This document shows positions 9,103-17,674 of a DNA stretch of 50,376 nt, piece by piece. The notes below the pieces were generated by a model. The model ran no database searches. It was given only the letters and a program-made list of their open reading frames with translations, and was not told the DNA's origin. The first letter of the stretch is position 1; each line of letters begins with the position of its first letter. The position numbers and the translations under genes are program-made. This DNA is from Bdellovibrionales bacterium (lineage in GTDB: Bacteria > Bdellovibrionota > Bdellovibrionia > Bdellovibrionales > JAMPXM01): assembly GCA_043716655.1 (NCBI GenBank), contig JAYSYF010000076.1, forward strand, positions 1 to 50,376, read 5' to 3'.

Positions 9103-10200
9103 TTAGAAGGCGTAGCTGTATTTGATCGACGCACCCATTGCGGTCGTTTTCGTCGCGACTTTGCCAGCTAATGGAAAGAACGAACTCGCCTCTTGGGCTT
9201 CCAGCGATGAATAGAAGAGCGATCCGCTCCACACACTGCCTTTATCGTTTCCATATGAAAAGTTGAACGTATTGTCGAGCCGGGGCTCTGTGTAGGAATT
9301 CGCGTAAACAAATTGGTTATAAATAAGTCTGTCGACTTCAAAAAAGCCGTCGAAATAATACCGGCCCGTATACCCGAGCAAAAACTTGCCCATGCGAAAT
9401 TCGATTGTTGCGGTTGTCCGCGTGGGCGTCATTGTTCGCATTAGAATCGGATCTTCGATCGATTTGAGGCTCCGTTCGTAACCGACTTCAAAATGAAAGT
9501 CTCGTGACGACTTTCCCAGTGCGATAGCGACGACGTCCTCGTCCTCTTTTTCTGTGTTCTCGACACCCGCATTGGTCGACTTGATGTTATCCATTCTTCG
9601 TACGAAAAAGAGTCCGAAGTCGACGGCGCCCAAGTCTTTAGCAAATCCTGCTTTGATTCCTTGAGCCGTTACATCAGTCTTAAAATCGTTAGCGAAAGGC
9701 GTTCCACCGAACGAACCGGCGAAGTTTTCTTCGTTATGATAAACGACGTGCGTATAACTCAGTCCGAAGTTTTCGAGAAATCCAACTCCGAGATAGCCCA
9801 AAACATTATTCGCGCTCGTCTTTGTCGACTGTGACTCGGTCGTCGAAGTTAGTTTATCTGTCGCGGAACCCATGTTGTAGTCGATCGACATTTCGGATGT
9901 CAGTCCGCCGCCTCTTCCGCCACGAAACACACTCACCGAATTGACTTCAATTGCTCTTTCACCCTGGCCCGTTACCGGTGCTCCCTGTGACGCATCCAGT
10001 GTGTGCTCTTTTTTAATTCGATCGGCCGCTACAATTGCCGTAATGCGTGTGCCCGTTCGTTTTCCGATCACTGCGGGATTTGTCGACTTCACATCTTCAA
10101 ACATCGACGCCGATGACATCTGCGCTTCTGAGACTGTGGCCGCTAGTGTGAAAAACAAGAGCACGGCCGAAAGGCCAGCGAGGAGGATTCTGTGAGTCAT
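9103..10200 (-). CDS. outer-membrane beta-barrel protein
   Basis: The signal MTHRILLAGLSAVLLFFTLAATVSEAQ comes from ATG 10200 (the ORF track start 10254 is also possible). Alternating-hydrophobic strands and the terminal aromatic signature SIKYSYAF. Confidence 0.65.
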   Translation of the reverse strand: MTHRILLAGLSAVLLFFTLAATVSEAQMSSASMFEDVKSTNPAVIGKRTGTRITAIVAADRIKKEHTLDASQGAPVTGQGERAIEVNSVSVFRGGRGGGLTSEMSIDYNMGSATDKLTSTTESQSTKTSANNVLGYLGVGFLENFGLSYTHVVYHNEENFAGSFGGTPFANDFKTDVTAQGIKAGFAKDLGAVDFGLFFVRRMDNIKSTNAGVENTEKEDEDVVAIALGKSSRDFHFEVGYERSLKSIEDPILMRTMTPTRTTATIEFRMGKFLLGYTGRYYFDGFFEVDRLIYNQFVYANSYTEPRLDNTFNFSYGNDKGSVWSGSLFYSSLEAQEASSFFPLAGKVATKTTAMGASIKYSYAF

Positions 10201-10316
10201 AGCATTACTATTTGCGGCGAACGTTTTACGCGCAACCACTAAAGAGCGTTCCAATACCCGAACACTGGGTGCATTTAAAAATTGTGGTGCCCGAAGTACC
10301 GCGTTAGCGTTTCTTC

Positions 10317-11027
10317 ATGAGAAAAACGTTCAGTGCAATATTTTGCGTGATGCTGGGAGCCAGCGCAGCGTTCGCCGAAGAAACGACGCCGTCTGAAACC
10401 ACGACGGTCGGTGAATTCGCAGATCGCGATCCAGCACAGGAGCCTAACAAATCTCCTAAGAAACCTGACACGGGTCTTGGCTCGCGCTCGACATCAGACA
10501 CCGAGGTACGTCGCTATCAACTTTCAGTCATGGGCGGAATCGCGATCGCGGGCCGCAGAGATTTCGATACCAGAATTTATAAACATGATCCTGCCCGTTC
10601 TCCCGTCGGTCGATTCGCTTGGCAGGTCGCGTTTATTCCGGAAAGCGATTTTCAATTTCTGTTAGGCGTCGAAGGTCTCGCAATACAAACCGTCGCAGCC
10701 GCAACATCCTCGCTGGCGACCGCGACCTACACTTCTGACGATGTATATGCGGGTCCATCGATTGGCTTCGGCTGGTCACCGTCTGGCCCAGGCACGCCGT
10801 TTCAACTTCAGGCGATACTAGTTACCGGTTGGGAATATTCGCACATTGGAAAACTCGAATCACCCGGCTTTACGACGGCGGTAAAAGACAACTCTCTGAC
10901 GTCTTTCACAATTTGGGGCGGCTTGTACGGATCTTATTCGGTGACTCCAGCGTTTCGCCTTACTGGTGGATTCGCTTACTTGAACAATACGCGGCCGTTT
11001 ATGATGGGAGTTGCATATGCCTTTTAG
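10317..11027 (+). CDS. outer-membrane beta-barrel protein
   Basis: Signal MRKTFSAIFCVMLGASAAFA, beta-strand-like Gly/aromatic pattern, C-terminal MGVAYAF. Confidence 0.65.
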   Translation: MRKTFSAIFCVMLGASAAFAEETTPSETTTVGEFADRDPAQEPNKSPKKPDTGLGSRSTSDTEVRRYQLSVMGGIAIAGRRDFDTRIYKHDPARSPVGRFAWQVAFIPESDFQFLLGVEGLAIQTVAAATSSLATATYTSDDVYAGPSIGFGWSPSGPGTPFQLQAILVTGWEYSHIGKLESPGFTTAVKDNSLTSFTIWGGLYGSYSVTPAFRLTGGFAYLNNTRPFMMGVAYAF

Positions 11028-11409
11028 CAAATCCCGATATTCAAATCTGTTTGCGATCTTTTGCTTGATGGGAACGGTGTGGACCGTTGTCGCAACATCG
11101 ACAAGCAAGGGAAGTCTTTTTGGCACATATCAAGTAAAGTCGGATTGTGTCGTGCCTGCTATTCAAGGACTGACGATTTCTGTTTCGAATTCAACGATCA
11201 CCTCGCCAGCAAGTACGACGTTTACGACTCTCGGATTTCCAAATTCGACACTGACGATCGGAGAATCGAACACCGGTACATTCGGCGCAGCCACTCGAGT
11301 TTGCGAGATCGCTTTCCGCACTGAATTTGGCTTAACGGATAGCTATCTGTACGCTTGCGCCGACAACGGTCAGTTTGTTTGCAATATTTTTCTCGACACG
11401 CCCTACTAA
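11017..11409 (+). CDS. secreted hypothetical protein
   Basis: ATG at 11017 with GGGAG 8 nt upstream, overlapping the previous stop. N-terminal hydrophobic segment LFAIFCLMGTVWTVVA. Ser/Thr-rich. Confidence 0.5.
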   Translation: MPFSKSRYSNLFAIFCLMGTVWTVVATSTSKGSLFGTYQVKSDCVVPAIQGLTISVSNSTITSPASTTFTTLGFPNSTLTIGESNTGTFGAATRVCEIAFRTEFGLTDSYLYACADNGQFVCNIFLDTPY

Positions 11410-11879
11410 CCTGTTCGCGAAGCTTCTTCGCGAATCTGTTTTCGTACATACATCCAAGTCAGAACGTTCATCACAAGCGCGATCAAATCGGTCGCGTCGG
11501 GCGTGACGTGTGACGGAAAACCAATCGAGTCCATTGTCCGCACGTAAAAATCTCGGACCGAAGGTACGAGCTTAACTGTGACAAAAATCAAATCAGTCAC
11601 TGCTATTGCGACGGCAGTTTGCCGCATCGTGATCCACTGAAATCTTTCGCGCGACCGCAAATCATTAATCAAGTTCCAGCCGAGATTCCAAAGAGCGCAA
11701 AGAAAAATCGGAAAAAAGAACACACCTGCAAGGTCGCTCAGTTTTCCCGTAAGAAAGGATGGATACTTCGTTTTGAGAAAGTGATCGTTCAGCGCCAAGA
11801 GCGCGACCGCAAAAAGCGGAATCGGATGTATGAAATATCCGACTCCGAGAAACCGATGCATCATGATTCTAGTTAGCAC
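11406..11879 (-). CDS. integral membrane protein, unknown function
   Basis: 157 aa with 4-5 hydrophobic helices (PIPLFAVALLALN, LAGVFFFPIFLCALW, AVAIAVTDLIFV, LIALVMNVLTW). Confidence 0.55.
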   Translation of the reverse strand: MLTRIMMHRFLGVGYFIHPIPLFAVALLALNDHFLKTKYPSFLTGKLSDLAGVFFFPIFLCALWNLGWNLINDLRSRERFQWITMRQTAVAIAVTDLIFVTVKLVPSVRDFYVRTMDSIGFPSHVTPDATDLIALVMNVLTWMYVRKQIREEASRTG

Positions 11880-11914
11880 GGCTTGCGAGATTAGCGCAGA
11901 ACTTCTGTCAAAAC

Positions 11915-12587
11915 TTAGTTACCTTGGAACTCGAGAGTCTGGCGTCCGTCACCGAGGTTCGCAGATCCGCAGTCTCGACGATCGCGCATACACTTCACGG
12001 CCCAGAGATCAGATATGATTGGATCCCATCCGTTCACCCAATCGCCATGCAACGAGTAACCCGCTGGTAAACTCTTGTCGTAGTGATCCGATGACAATCT
12101 CCAGTTCGCTGTGCTGTTTGTAACCGTCACGTTGTACTGCACGATGAAAGTGATCTTTGGCAAAACAACTGGGTGAGTTGTTGGGCAACGATATTGACGT
12201 GCCGGATCGCCAGTCCAAAATAAATGAGGAGACTTTTCGGTGCGAGCGGTTTCGAAGTCGCAGTATCGATCATCGAAGGAACCCAGTAGCCACTTAAGTT
12301 GATCGTACCGCCGCGACAAGTCGCGTTTCCGCGCGAACGAATTTTCTCGGATGTCGTTGTGTAATCGATCGCGGTGTTTCCGAAAAACGTGTGGTGGTGA
12401 GCCGCGCCTTGCTGGCCCGGGTATACAATCGGATCGTCGAAATTCATCCCCGAAAAATTGCAAACCAGGCGGAATGCTCCGTCATGCTCCCAGTCCTCTA
12501 CGGAGGCCACAGGTGGAATCGAACCAGTTTGGAAAAGCCATTCTGTGCTGTCGGCCAGTTGCTCGGATCGACATAAGGCCCCCGCTT
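11915..12587 (-). pseudogene. frameshifted DUF1996-like gene remnant
   Basis: Two overlapping ORFs in different frames (12127..12510 and 11915..12463) read as one protein. The first gives FDDPIVYPGQQGAAHHHTFFGN...GYWVPSMID. After a shift near 12215..12245 the second gives WTGDPARQYRCP...LHGDWVNGWDP. The DPIVxPG..HxHxFxG string is what I remember as the DUF1996 signature. There is no signal peptide and no ATG upstream, and the frame closes at a stop at 12586..12588. Confidence 0.6.
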
Positions 12588-12668
12588 ACATTCGAACTCA
12601 CCATTCCAACGTAGGATCGAACAATTGGTGGCCGGTCTTGCTTACCCGCCTGAGACCAATCAATCTAT

Positions 12669-13391
12669 ATGGCAATGAACACACGACGCGTTTCAAAGCT
12701 GTATTCGCTCTTTGCTCTCACTGTGCTTGCGACTGGTTGTCACTCGCTTATGGAATCATCCAGCGATTCGTATAAAACGACGAATCAAGATGGCGAGACG
12801 GTTTACCGTCGCACGACTCCCGCGTACGGCACCCCCTATTATCCTCCGACGCCCCACCCTAGATATCCGGTCTATTCCCAACCGATTGTGATCGCTCCAT
12901 CGAGCGATTCGACGGCGAGCAAACCGAGCGCCGGCGCAAGTGCGGACGCCGCAAAAGTTTCTGACGAACCTTCACGTGGATCCGGTCACGTTGAAATTGC
13001 GTGGGTCGACGGACATTGGCATCTCGGCGGTCACGTTGGATACAATGTCTATGATTGGCTCATGCCGCGAATCGGTGCGTCGATGTTTATTTCGAAGGAT
13101 GTTTATCTTGGGTTTGATCTCTCGACACGATTCATCGCGCCGCTCGGCTATTTCAAACCGTACGTAGGAATCGGTGGTTATTTCGGCGACACAAAAAGTT
13201 GCTCGCGCCGGTACAACACGACGTTCGGATACACAGAAGACGTTTGCGACAAAAAGTTTCTAACTGCGGGCTATGGAGAAGTCGGTGTCGAATTCGGACA
13301 AGCTTCGATCTTCGTTCGCGACTACCGCTTGATGCGCGCGGGGCTAAGTATCCCGACCGATATTTTTATCGGTCTCGGCCTTCGTTTCTAA
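12669..13391 (+). CDS. lipoprotein with Pro/Tyr-rich linker and beta-rich C-terminal domain
   Basis: Lipobox LFALTVLATGC. Linker PAYGTPYYPPTPHPRYPVYSQP. C-terminal Gly/aromatic alternation ending IFIGLGLRF. Confidence 0.65.
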   Translation: MAMNTRRVSKLYSLFALTVLATGCHSLMESSSDSYKTTNQDGETVYRRTTPAYGTPYYPPTPHPRYPVYSQPIVIAPSSDSTASKPSAGASADAAKVSDEPSRGSGHVEIAWVDGHWHLGGHVGYNVYDWLMPRIGASMFISKDVYLGFDLSTRFIAPLGYFKPYVGIGGYFGDTKSCSRRYNTTFGYTEDVCDKKFLTAGYGEVGVEFGQASIFVRDYRLMRAGLSIPTDIFIGLGLRF

Positions 13392-13478
13392 TCTTCGATC
13401 AGCGTTCAAAAGTCATACAGTCACGTAACTTGGACAATGTTGATGGATACTAAATTCGGAATGAGTTAAACTTCGCAC

Positions 13479-13580
13479 ATGATTATGAAAATCGCTTTGG
13501 CCGCATTGTTATTAGTCTTCGCCACTGGCTGTAAACAAAGCGCGACCGTTATCATCAACGCTCCGATCGAAACAGACTGA
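13479..13580 (+). CDS. possible 33-aa mini-lipoprotein
   Basis: ATG ORF MIMKIALAALLLVFATGCKQSATVIINAPIETD with a canonical lipobox (FATGC). Below the ORF-track cutoff. Confidence 0.35.
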   Translation: MIMKIALAALLLVFATGCKQSATVIINAPIETD

Positions 13581-13620
13581 ACTCACTTTTTCCTCTAAAG
13601 CTGCGAACGCGAACGAAGTC

Positions 13621-13800
13621 ATGTCCCAGCTTTCTTTCAGCGAAATCTTCAAATTTTTTTTACTACAACAAGAGTCCGCAGAAATTGTTCAGAAGAACGT
13701 CGAAAACATAAAGCTCCTCATCGAGAACCCAAACGTTCCCGAAGCCGACCTTCATCCCTTCATGGTCGATGATAATGAGCACTTTGATATCGTGAAGTAA
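13621..13800 (+). CDS. possible 59-aa hypothetical protein
   Basis: ATG ORF MSQLSFSEIFKFF...DIVK. No motif and no clear SD. Confidence 0.25.
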   Translation: MSQLSFSEIFKFFLLQQESAEIVQKNVENIKLLIENPNVPEADLHPFMVDDNEHFDIVK

Positions 13801-13852
13801 CGTCACGATCGGCGACGAGACTCCCGCGTTGTCTCAAACGTTATCGCTCGAC

Positions 13853-14017
13853 CTAAATCGCGATTTCGTAAATAGAAGCCAGACGAGAAATGGGCACTCG
13901 GCGATAACGCCGCCAATGCCGACTAACAAATACTTTGGATGGAACGTAGAGAATTGAAAACGGACCGAGAATCGCAATCGCGAGTAGGATGAGTCCGGCC
14001 ATGCGTGTCTGATTCAT
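13853..14017 (-). CDS. 54-aa ORF with one TM helix, possibly a remnant
   Basis: MNQTRMAGLILLAIAILGPFSILYVPSK..., 11 nt downstream of the TPMT-like remnant. A second hydrophobic piece (YLLVGIGGVIAECPFLVWLLF) is readable only in another frame, which suggests decay. Confidence 0.25.
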   Translation of the reverse strand: MNQTRMAGLILLAIAILGPFSILYVPSKVFVSRHWRRYRRVPISRLASIYEIAI

Positions 14018-14027
14018 TTCGAGTCCC

Positions 14028-14627
14028 TTATTGTTTGTTGATCCAATACACAGTTTCTATGAGGTCGACCGAGTGAAGCTTCGGGTGGTTTTTCGAAAAC
14101 TTCTCTTCTTTACCCGAATGAATAATCTGAATTTCGAACTGTTCGTAGATCTCGCTAACTTCGTTTTTCAAAACCGAAAATGGCGGGCCATCGAGCGCCC
14201 CCTCTGCATATTCGAAGGTAATCAGCAATATCTCTGAGCGACTTCGACTGCGCCTAGCGGTTTCGTTAGCGTACTTGCGGCGAACATCTTTAGGTAACGC
14301 GACCAGTGCGGCCCGATCGTAAATCCCTCCGACATTTTCCCAAACGTGATCTGGGAGTTCGAAAAAGTCGCCGCACCACAACGTTATCTTATCTGAATGA
14401 TAAATAACAAAATTCCCGTGAGTTTTCTCGACAAACGGAATTCCCGTTTCTTCGAAGAAGCTTCTGCAGGCTACCGGACTACGAAACTTGTTATGCCCGT
14501 TTCAGTGGCGTGGCTTCCGGCCAACGAAAATCCGTTGTTAAAAAGTTTCCTGAGTTTCGTTTCCGAGAATGCGATTTTGGGCGGTCAAAAGCCCGAATGC
14601 CTTGCAGACCTGATGCGCCCCCAACCG
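14028..14627 (-). pseudogene. thiopurine-S-methyltransferase-family (TPMT/Tmt) gene, disrupted N-terminal half
   Basis: 14028..14501 is one open frame (FFEETGIPFVEKTHGNFVIYHSDKITLWCGDFFELP...YDRAALVALP...) with no start, closed upstream by TGA 14502..14504. The SAM-binding N-terminal piece (GAHQVCKAFGLLTAQNRILGNETQETF) is recognisable only in another frame (14538..14627) and is degenerate. Confidence 0.6.
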
Positions 14628-14644
14628 TTATGACCTTGGGTAAA

Positions 14645-14884
14645 CTAAAACTTCCAGCCGATATTGAATTCTCCAGTAATAGTAGAATCAATTTCGTCTT
14701 TATATTGAGTGCCCGAAGTATCCTTCATACGGATCGGCGATTGATTCGACACCATCGCGGCTAAGTTCATATTAAACTTGTTCCAAAACCAGTGATATCC
14801 AACGCCGGCCGATGCCGAACCCCTCACTCTTCCCGTGTACCTTGTGCCTTCCAATTGATGACCCGTTGAATTCGGCATTGCCAA
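14645..14884 (-). pseudogene. C-terminal fragment of a small OM beta-barrel protein
   Basis: 79-aa ORF ending TITGEFNIGWKF (OMP C-terminal signature) but with no signal peptide. A short signal-like start (MKQLLAAIAVKIGNA) lies in a different frame upstream (within 14772..14999). Confidence 0.35.
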
Positions 14885-14929
14885 TCTTCACCGCTATCGC
14901 TGCCAGAAGTTGTTTCATTTGAGTTCCCC

Positions 14930-17074
14930 CTAGAATTGGTACTGAAGTCCTGCGCCCAAACTGTGTTCCGTAAGCTTTAATCCGAACGCCCAAGCCCACG
15001 ATGGACCGTACATAAGCGAAACCGAAACTTCATTTCCGAGTGCAACATCCTGCCGCCAAGTGTACTCGACCTCGCTGAACACTGAACTCGTCCACTGAAA
15101 ATGCTTTTCTAAATCAACGCGTAGCTTTCCTTTGTGATCGATTAAGAGATTCGTGTGAATCAACATCGGCAGGATGTAACCGATGCCAAGTTCCGCTCTT
15201 GTATCGCCGTGAACGACCGAAGCGCCGCCAATGAAACTTAGATAGTTGTCGACCCATCTTCGGTAAAATAAATCGCCTTCGCCTGCCCAATTTTCGTCTT
15301 TGCGGGTTTCAGCTTTGATTACGATTTCATCCCAAGTTCGCATAAGGCGAAACCGAGCCTCTGCATGATTACTCGCGGCCTTTAGCTGAGTGTGCGTATA
15401 GAGATGCTCATGCAAGTGCGGATCGTGTTGATCATGTGCGGCCATTTCCGGTGTTAACTTAAAGTCGTTATAACGAACCACTCGGGCCATGCCCGTTTTC
15501 ATATGATAGAGATTGTGACAGTGAAGCATCCACTGACCCGGCTCGTTCGCGTAGAATTCGATCGTGCGTGAGCCATGCGGAGGGACATCGACTGTGTGCT
15601 TCAGCGGCGACTTGTCGCCTTGGGCATTAACGACGCGAAAGAAGTGACCATGCAAATGCATCGGATGATGCATCATCGTTTCATTCTCAAAGATGAAGCG
15701 AACAACTTCACCCTGGTTAATATTGATAAGCCGGTCTTGGCTGATTGCTTTCCCGTTGATGTGCCAAACGTATCGCTCCATGTCGCCGCCGAGTACGAGC
15801 TTAAGCTCGTGCACCTTGGCATCTTTTGGAAGGGTTGTTGGTGAAATGGCCGTCAGAGCATCCACACTTAAACTGTCAAGCACGTCTGATGCAGAAGTCT
15901 TGAGATCGCGGCTCGCGGCGTTTTGGCGAAGCATTGGATCTGACTGTGTGCTCCAATCGATTGCTGATGGAGTTTGATGGCCCCCGTGGCCTGCGTGAGC
16001 TGCATGGTCGGCTTGCTCACTATGGTCCATTCCTGGCATTGAACCGCCCCCGTGGCCGGCGTGATCCATTGAAGCGTACATGTCTGGAAGCGGTTTGTTC
16101 GGAGCGGGAACTTTTTCTCCCATACCAATCCAAGCCGATGCAAAGCCGGTTACGTCTTGCACGGTGGCTCGCAATTCATAGTTCTTGTGCTCAGGAACCG
16201 TGAACAGCACATCATACGTTTCAGCCATTCCCATAAGAATTTCCTTAGTCTGAACGGGCTTCACATCAACGCCGTCAGCGGAAATCACAGTCATCGGTAC
16301 ACCCATCGAAACGTAAAAGTAACTCGATGCTCCAGCGTTGATGATTCGAAGTCTGACCTTTTCTCCCGGGTGCGCAGTAATCAGCTGAGAATCCCGCTTA
16401 CCATTGATTAGGAACGCGTCGTATCCGACGTCAGAAAGATCCATTCCTCCCATCCGTGTCCATTCATTCTGAAGATGAGTTTTCAATGCTCCAGCGCGAA
16501 CGGCACCGAAGTAAGAGCGCATCGAATTTTTTTTAAATAAGTAATAGTCTCCGTCCTTACGAAGATTTCGAATGATCTGGTCCGCGTTTTCATCAGACCA
16601 ATCGCTCAAAACTAAAACTGCGTCCTTGTCGTACTGAATGGCTTTTTTCTTCGGGTGAATAATGAAAGCTCCGTACACACCTTTTTGTTCTTGGACCATG
16701 GTGTGCGAGTGGTACCAGTAGGTTCCATTTTGTCTGATCTTGAATTTGAAGAGCCGCTCTTTGCCTGCAAATATGGGAGGAGTATTGACGTACGCGACGC
16801 CGTCCTCTTCAGCAGGAAGAAGAATGCCATGCCAGTGAATCGAGACTTCCTCGTTCGGAAGTTTGTTCCGAACGAGAATCTCTGCATCATCGCCCTCGGT
16901 GAACTCGAGCGTCGGTGCAGGTATCCCACCATTTACCGTGAGAGCGAAGTCGACTTCTTTGTTCCCGCTCATGTTTAAGCGTTTATTTTCAACCGTGAGT
17001 TCATACTTCACAGTTTTCGCGTGTGCGAGTGTCGTGAAAAGTAAAACCGGGAATAACAGAGTGAGAAATTTCAT
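14930..17074 (-). CDS. multicopper oxidase (CopA/PcoA type) fused to a C-terminal CopB/PcoB-like beta-barrel domain
   Basis: All four MCO copper-ligand motifs are present: SIHWHG, WYHSH, HPMHLHGH, HCHNLYHMKTGM. There is a Met/His-rich loop MDHAGHGGGSMPGMDHSEQADHAAHAGHGGH. The last ~170 aa (DLFYRRWVDNYLSFIGGASV...ELGIGYILPMLIHTNLLIDHKGKLRVDLE...GAGLQYQF) fit the CopB family pattern and end in an OMP-type Phe. Sec-type signal MKFLTLLFPVLLFTTLAHA. Confidence 0.9.
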   Translation of the reverse strand: MKFLTLLFPVLLFTTLAHAKTVKYELTVENKRLNMSGNKEVDFALTVNGGIPAPTLEFTEGDDAEILVRNKLPNEEVSIHWHGILLPAEEDGVAYVNTPPIFAGKERLFKFKIRQNGTYWYHSHTMVQEQKGVYGAFIIHPKKKAIQYDKDAVLVLSDWSDENADQIIRNLRKDGDYYLFKKNSMRSYFGAVRAGALKTHLQNEWTRMGGMDLSDVGYDAFLINGKRDSQLITAHPGEKVRLRIINAGASSYFYVSMGVPMTVISADGVDVKPVQTKEILMGMAETYDVLFTVPEHKNYELRATVQDVTGFASAWIGMGEKVPAPNKPLPDMYASMDHAGHGGGSMPGMDHSEQADHAAHAGHGGHQTPSAIDWSTQSDPMLRQNAASRDLKTSASDVLDSLSVDALTAISPTTLPKDAKVHELKLVLGGDMERYVWHINGKAISQDRLININQGEVVRFIFENETMMHHPMHLHGHFFRVVNAQGDKSPLKHTVDVPPHGSRTIEFYANEPGQWMLHCHNLYHMKTGMARVVRYNDFKLTPEMAAHDQHDPHLHEHLYTHTQLKAASNHAEARFRLMRTWDEIVIKAETRKDENWAGEGDLFYRRWVDNYLSFIGGASVVHGDTRAELGIGYILPMLIHTNLLIDHKGKLRVDLEKHFQWTSSVFSEVEYTWRQDVALGNEVSVSLMYGPSWAWAFGLKLTEHSLGAGLQYQF

Positions 17075-17099
17075 AATTTGTTACGCTCTCTCAAAAAAA

Positions 17100-17486
17100 T
17101 TACTGGGCCAGTCCGTCGATGATCGGGCAATCGGGTCTCTGGTCGCCGTGACAGTTGCGAGCAAGGTGCTTCAGCGTTTTAATCATCGCTTGAAGCTCAT
17201 CAACCTTCTGCTCCATTTCTTTTACGTGCTCTGAAGCTAATGCCTTTACATCGGCGCTAACTCTTGAGCGGTTGCGCCAAAGGCCGACAAGCTTTTTAAT
17301 TTCCTTCATCGAGAAACCCAGCTTGCGTGCTCGTCTCACAAATCTAAGGGAATGCACGTCGCTCTCGGAATACACGCGGTATCCGGAGTCTGTGCGGCTC
17401 GCCTTTGGAATAATACCAAGCGACTCGTAGTGACGGATAAGTTTTGCATTTACACCCGAGACTTTCGCTGCTTCACCTATATTCAT
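17100..17486 (-). CDS. cueR: MerR-family Cu(I)-responsive regulator CueR
   Basis: MNIGEAAKVSGVNAKLIRHYESLGII HTH, coiled dimerisation helix, and C-terminal CHGDQRPDCPIIDG (CueR Cys-x7-Cys metal loop). 25 nt upstream of the MCO gene on the same strand. Confidence 0.9.
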   Translation of the reverse strand: MNIGEAAKVSGVNAKLIRHYESLGIIPKASRTDSGYRVYSESDVHSLRFVRRARKLGFSMKEIKKLVGLWRNRSRVSADVKALASEHVKEMEQKVDELQAMIKTLKHLARNCHGDQRPDCPIIDGLAQ

Positions 17487-17492
17487 GTCGCC

Positions 17493-17523
17493 AGTATGAA
17501 CCTGCCCTCTATTGGAAGGTCAA
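17493..17523 (-). promoter_or_regulatory. MerR-type promoter with CueR box driving cueR-MCO
   Basis: Minus strand reads TTGACC (17523..17518), a 19-nt spacer, then CATACT (17498..17493). The spacer holds the dyad ACCTTCC-N7-GGCAGGT. The -10 ends 6 nt before the cueR ATG. Confidence 0.6.
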
Positions 17524-17601
17524 GCCCATGGCCCTCCTCCGCGTTCAATCTATTGAAAACAAGGGGCTTTGGCGCAACCTTACAATTAACTAGAATGTTC
17601 A

Positions 17602-17632
17602 TTGACCTTCCAACCATTGGAAGGCCGATGAT
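17602..17632 (+). promoter_or_regulatory. MerR-type promoter with CueR box driving the copper ATPase
   Basis: TTGACC (17602..17607), a 19-nt spacer, then GATGAT. The spacer holds the dyad ACCTTCC-N7-GGAAGGC, whose inner part CCTTCCAA-cca-TTGGAAGG is a perfect 8-3-8 repeat. This is the same architecture as the E. coli copA promoter as I remember it. Confidence 0.65.
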
Positions 17633-17674
17633 AGTTCTAAGGTTCTAAAAACTATGGCAGAAACGGCTTAAACA

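Noticed and set aside
12351-12775. Plus-strand ORFs (12351..12614, 12391..12576, 12458..12775) opposite the DUF1996-like remnant.
   Set aside because: They are antisense to recognisable, though broken, coding sequence. The last one merely runs into the real lipoprotein gene in another frame.
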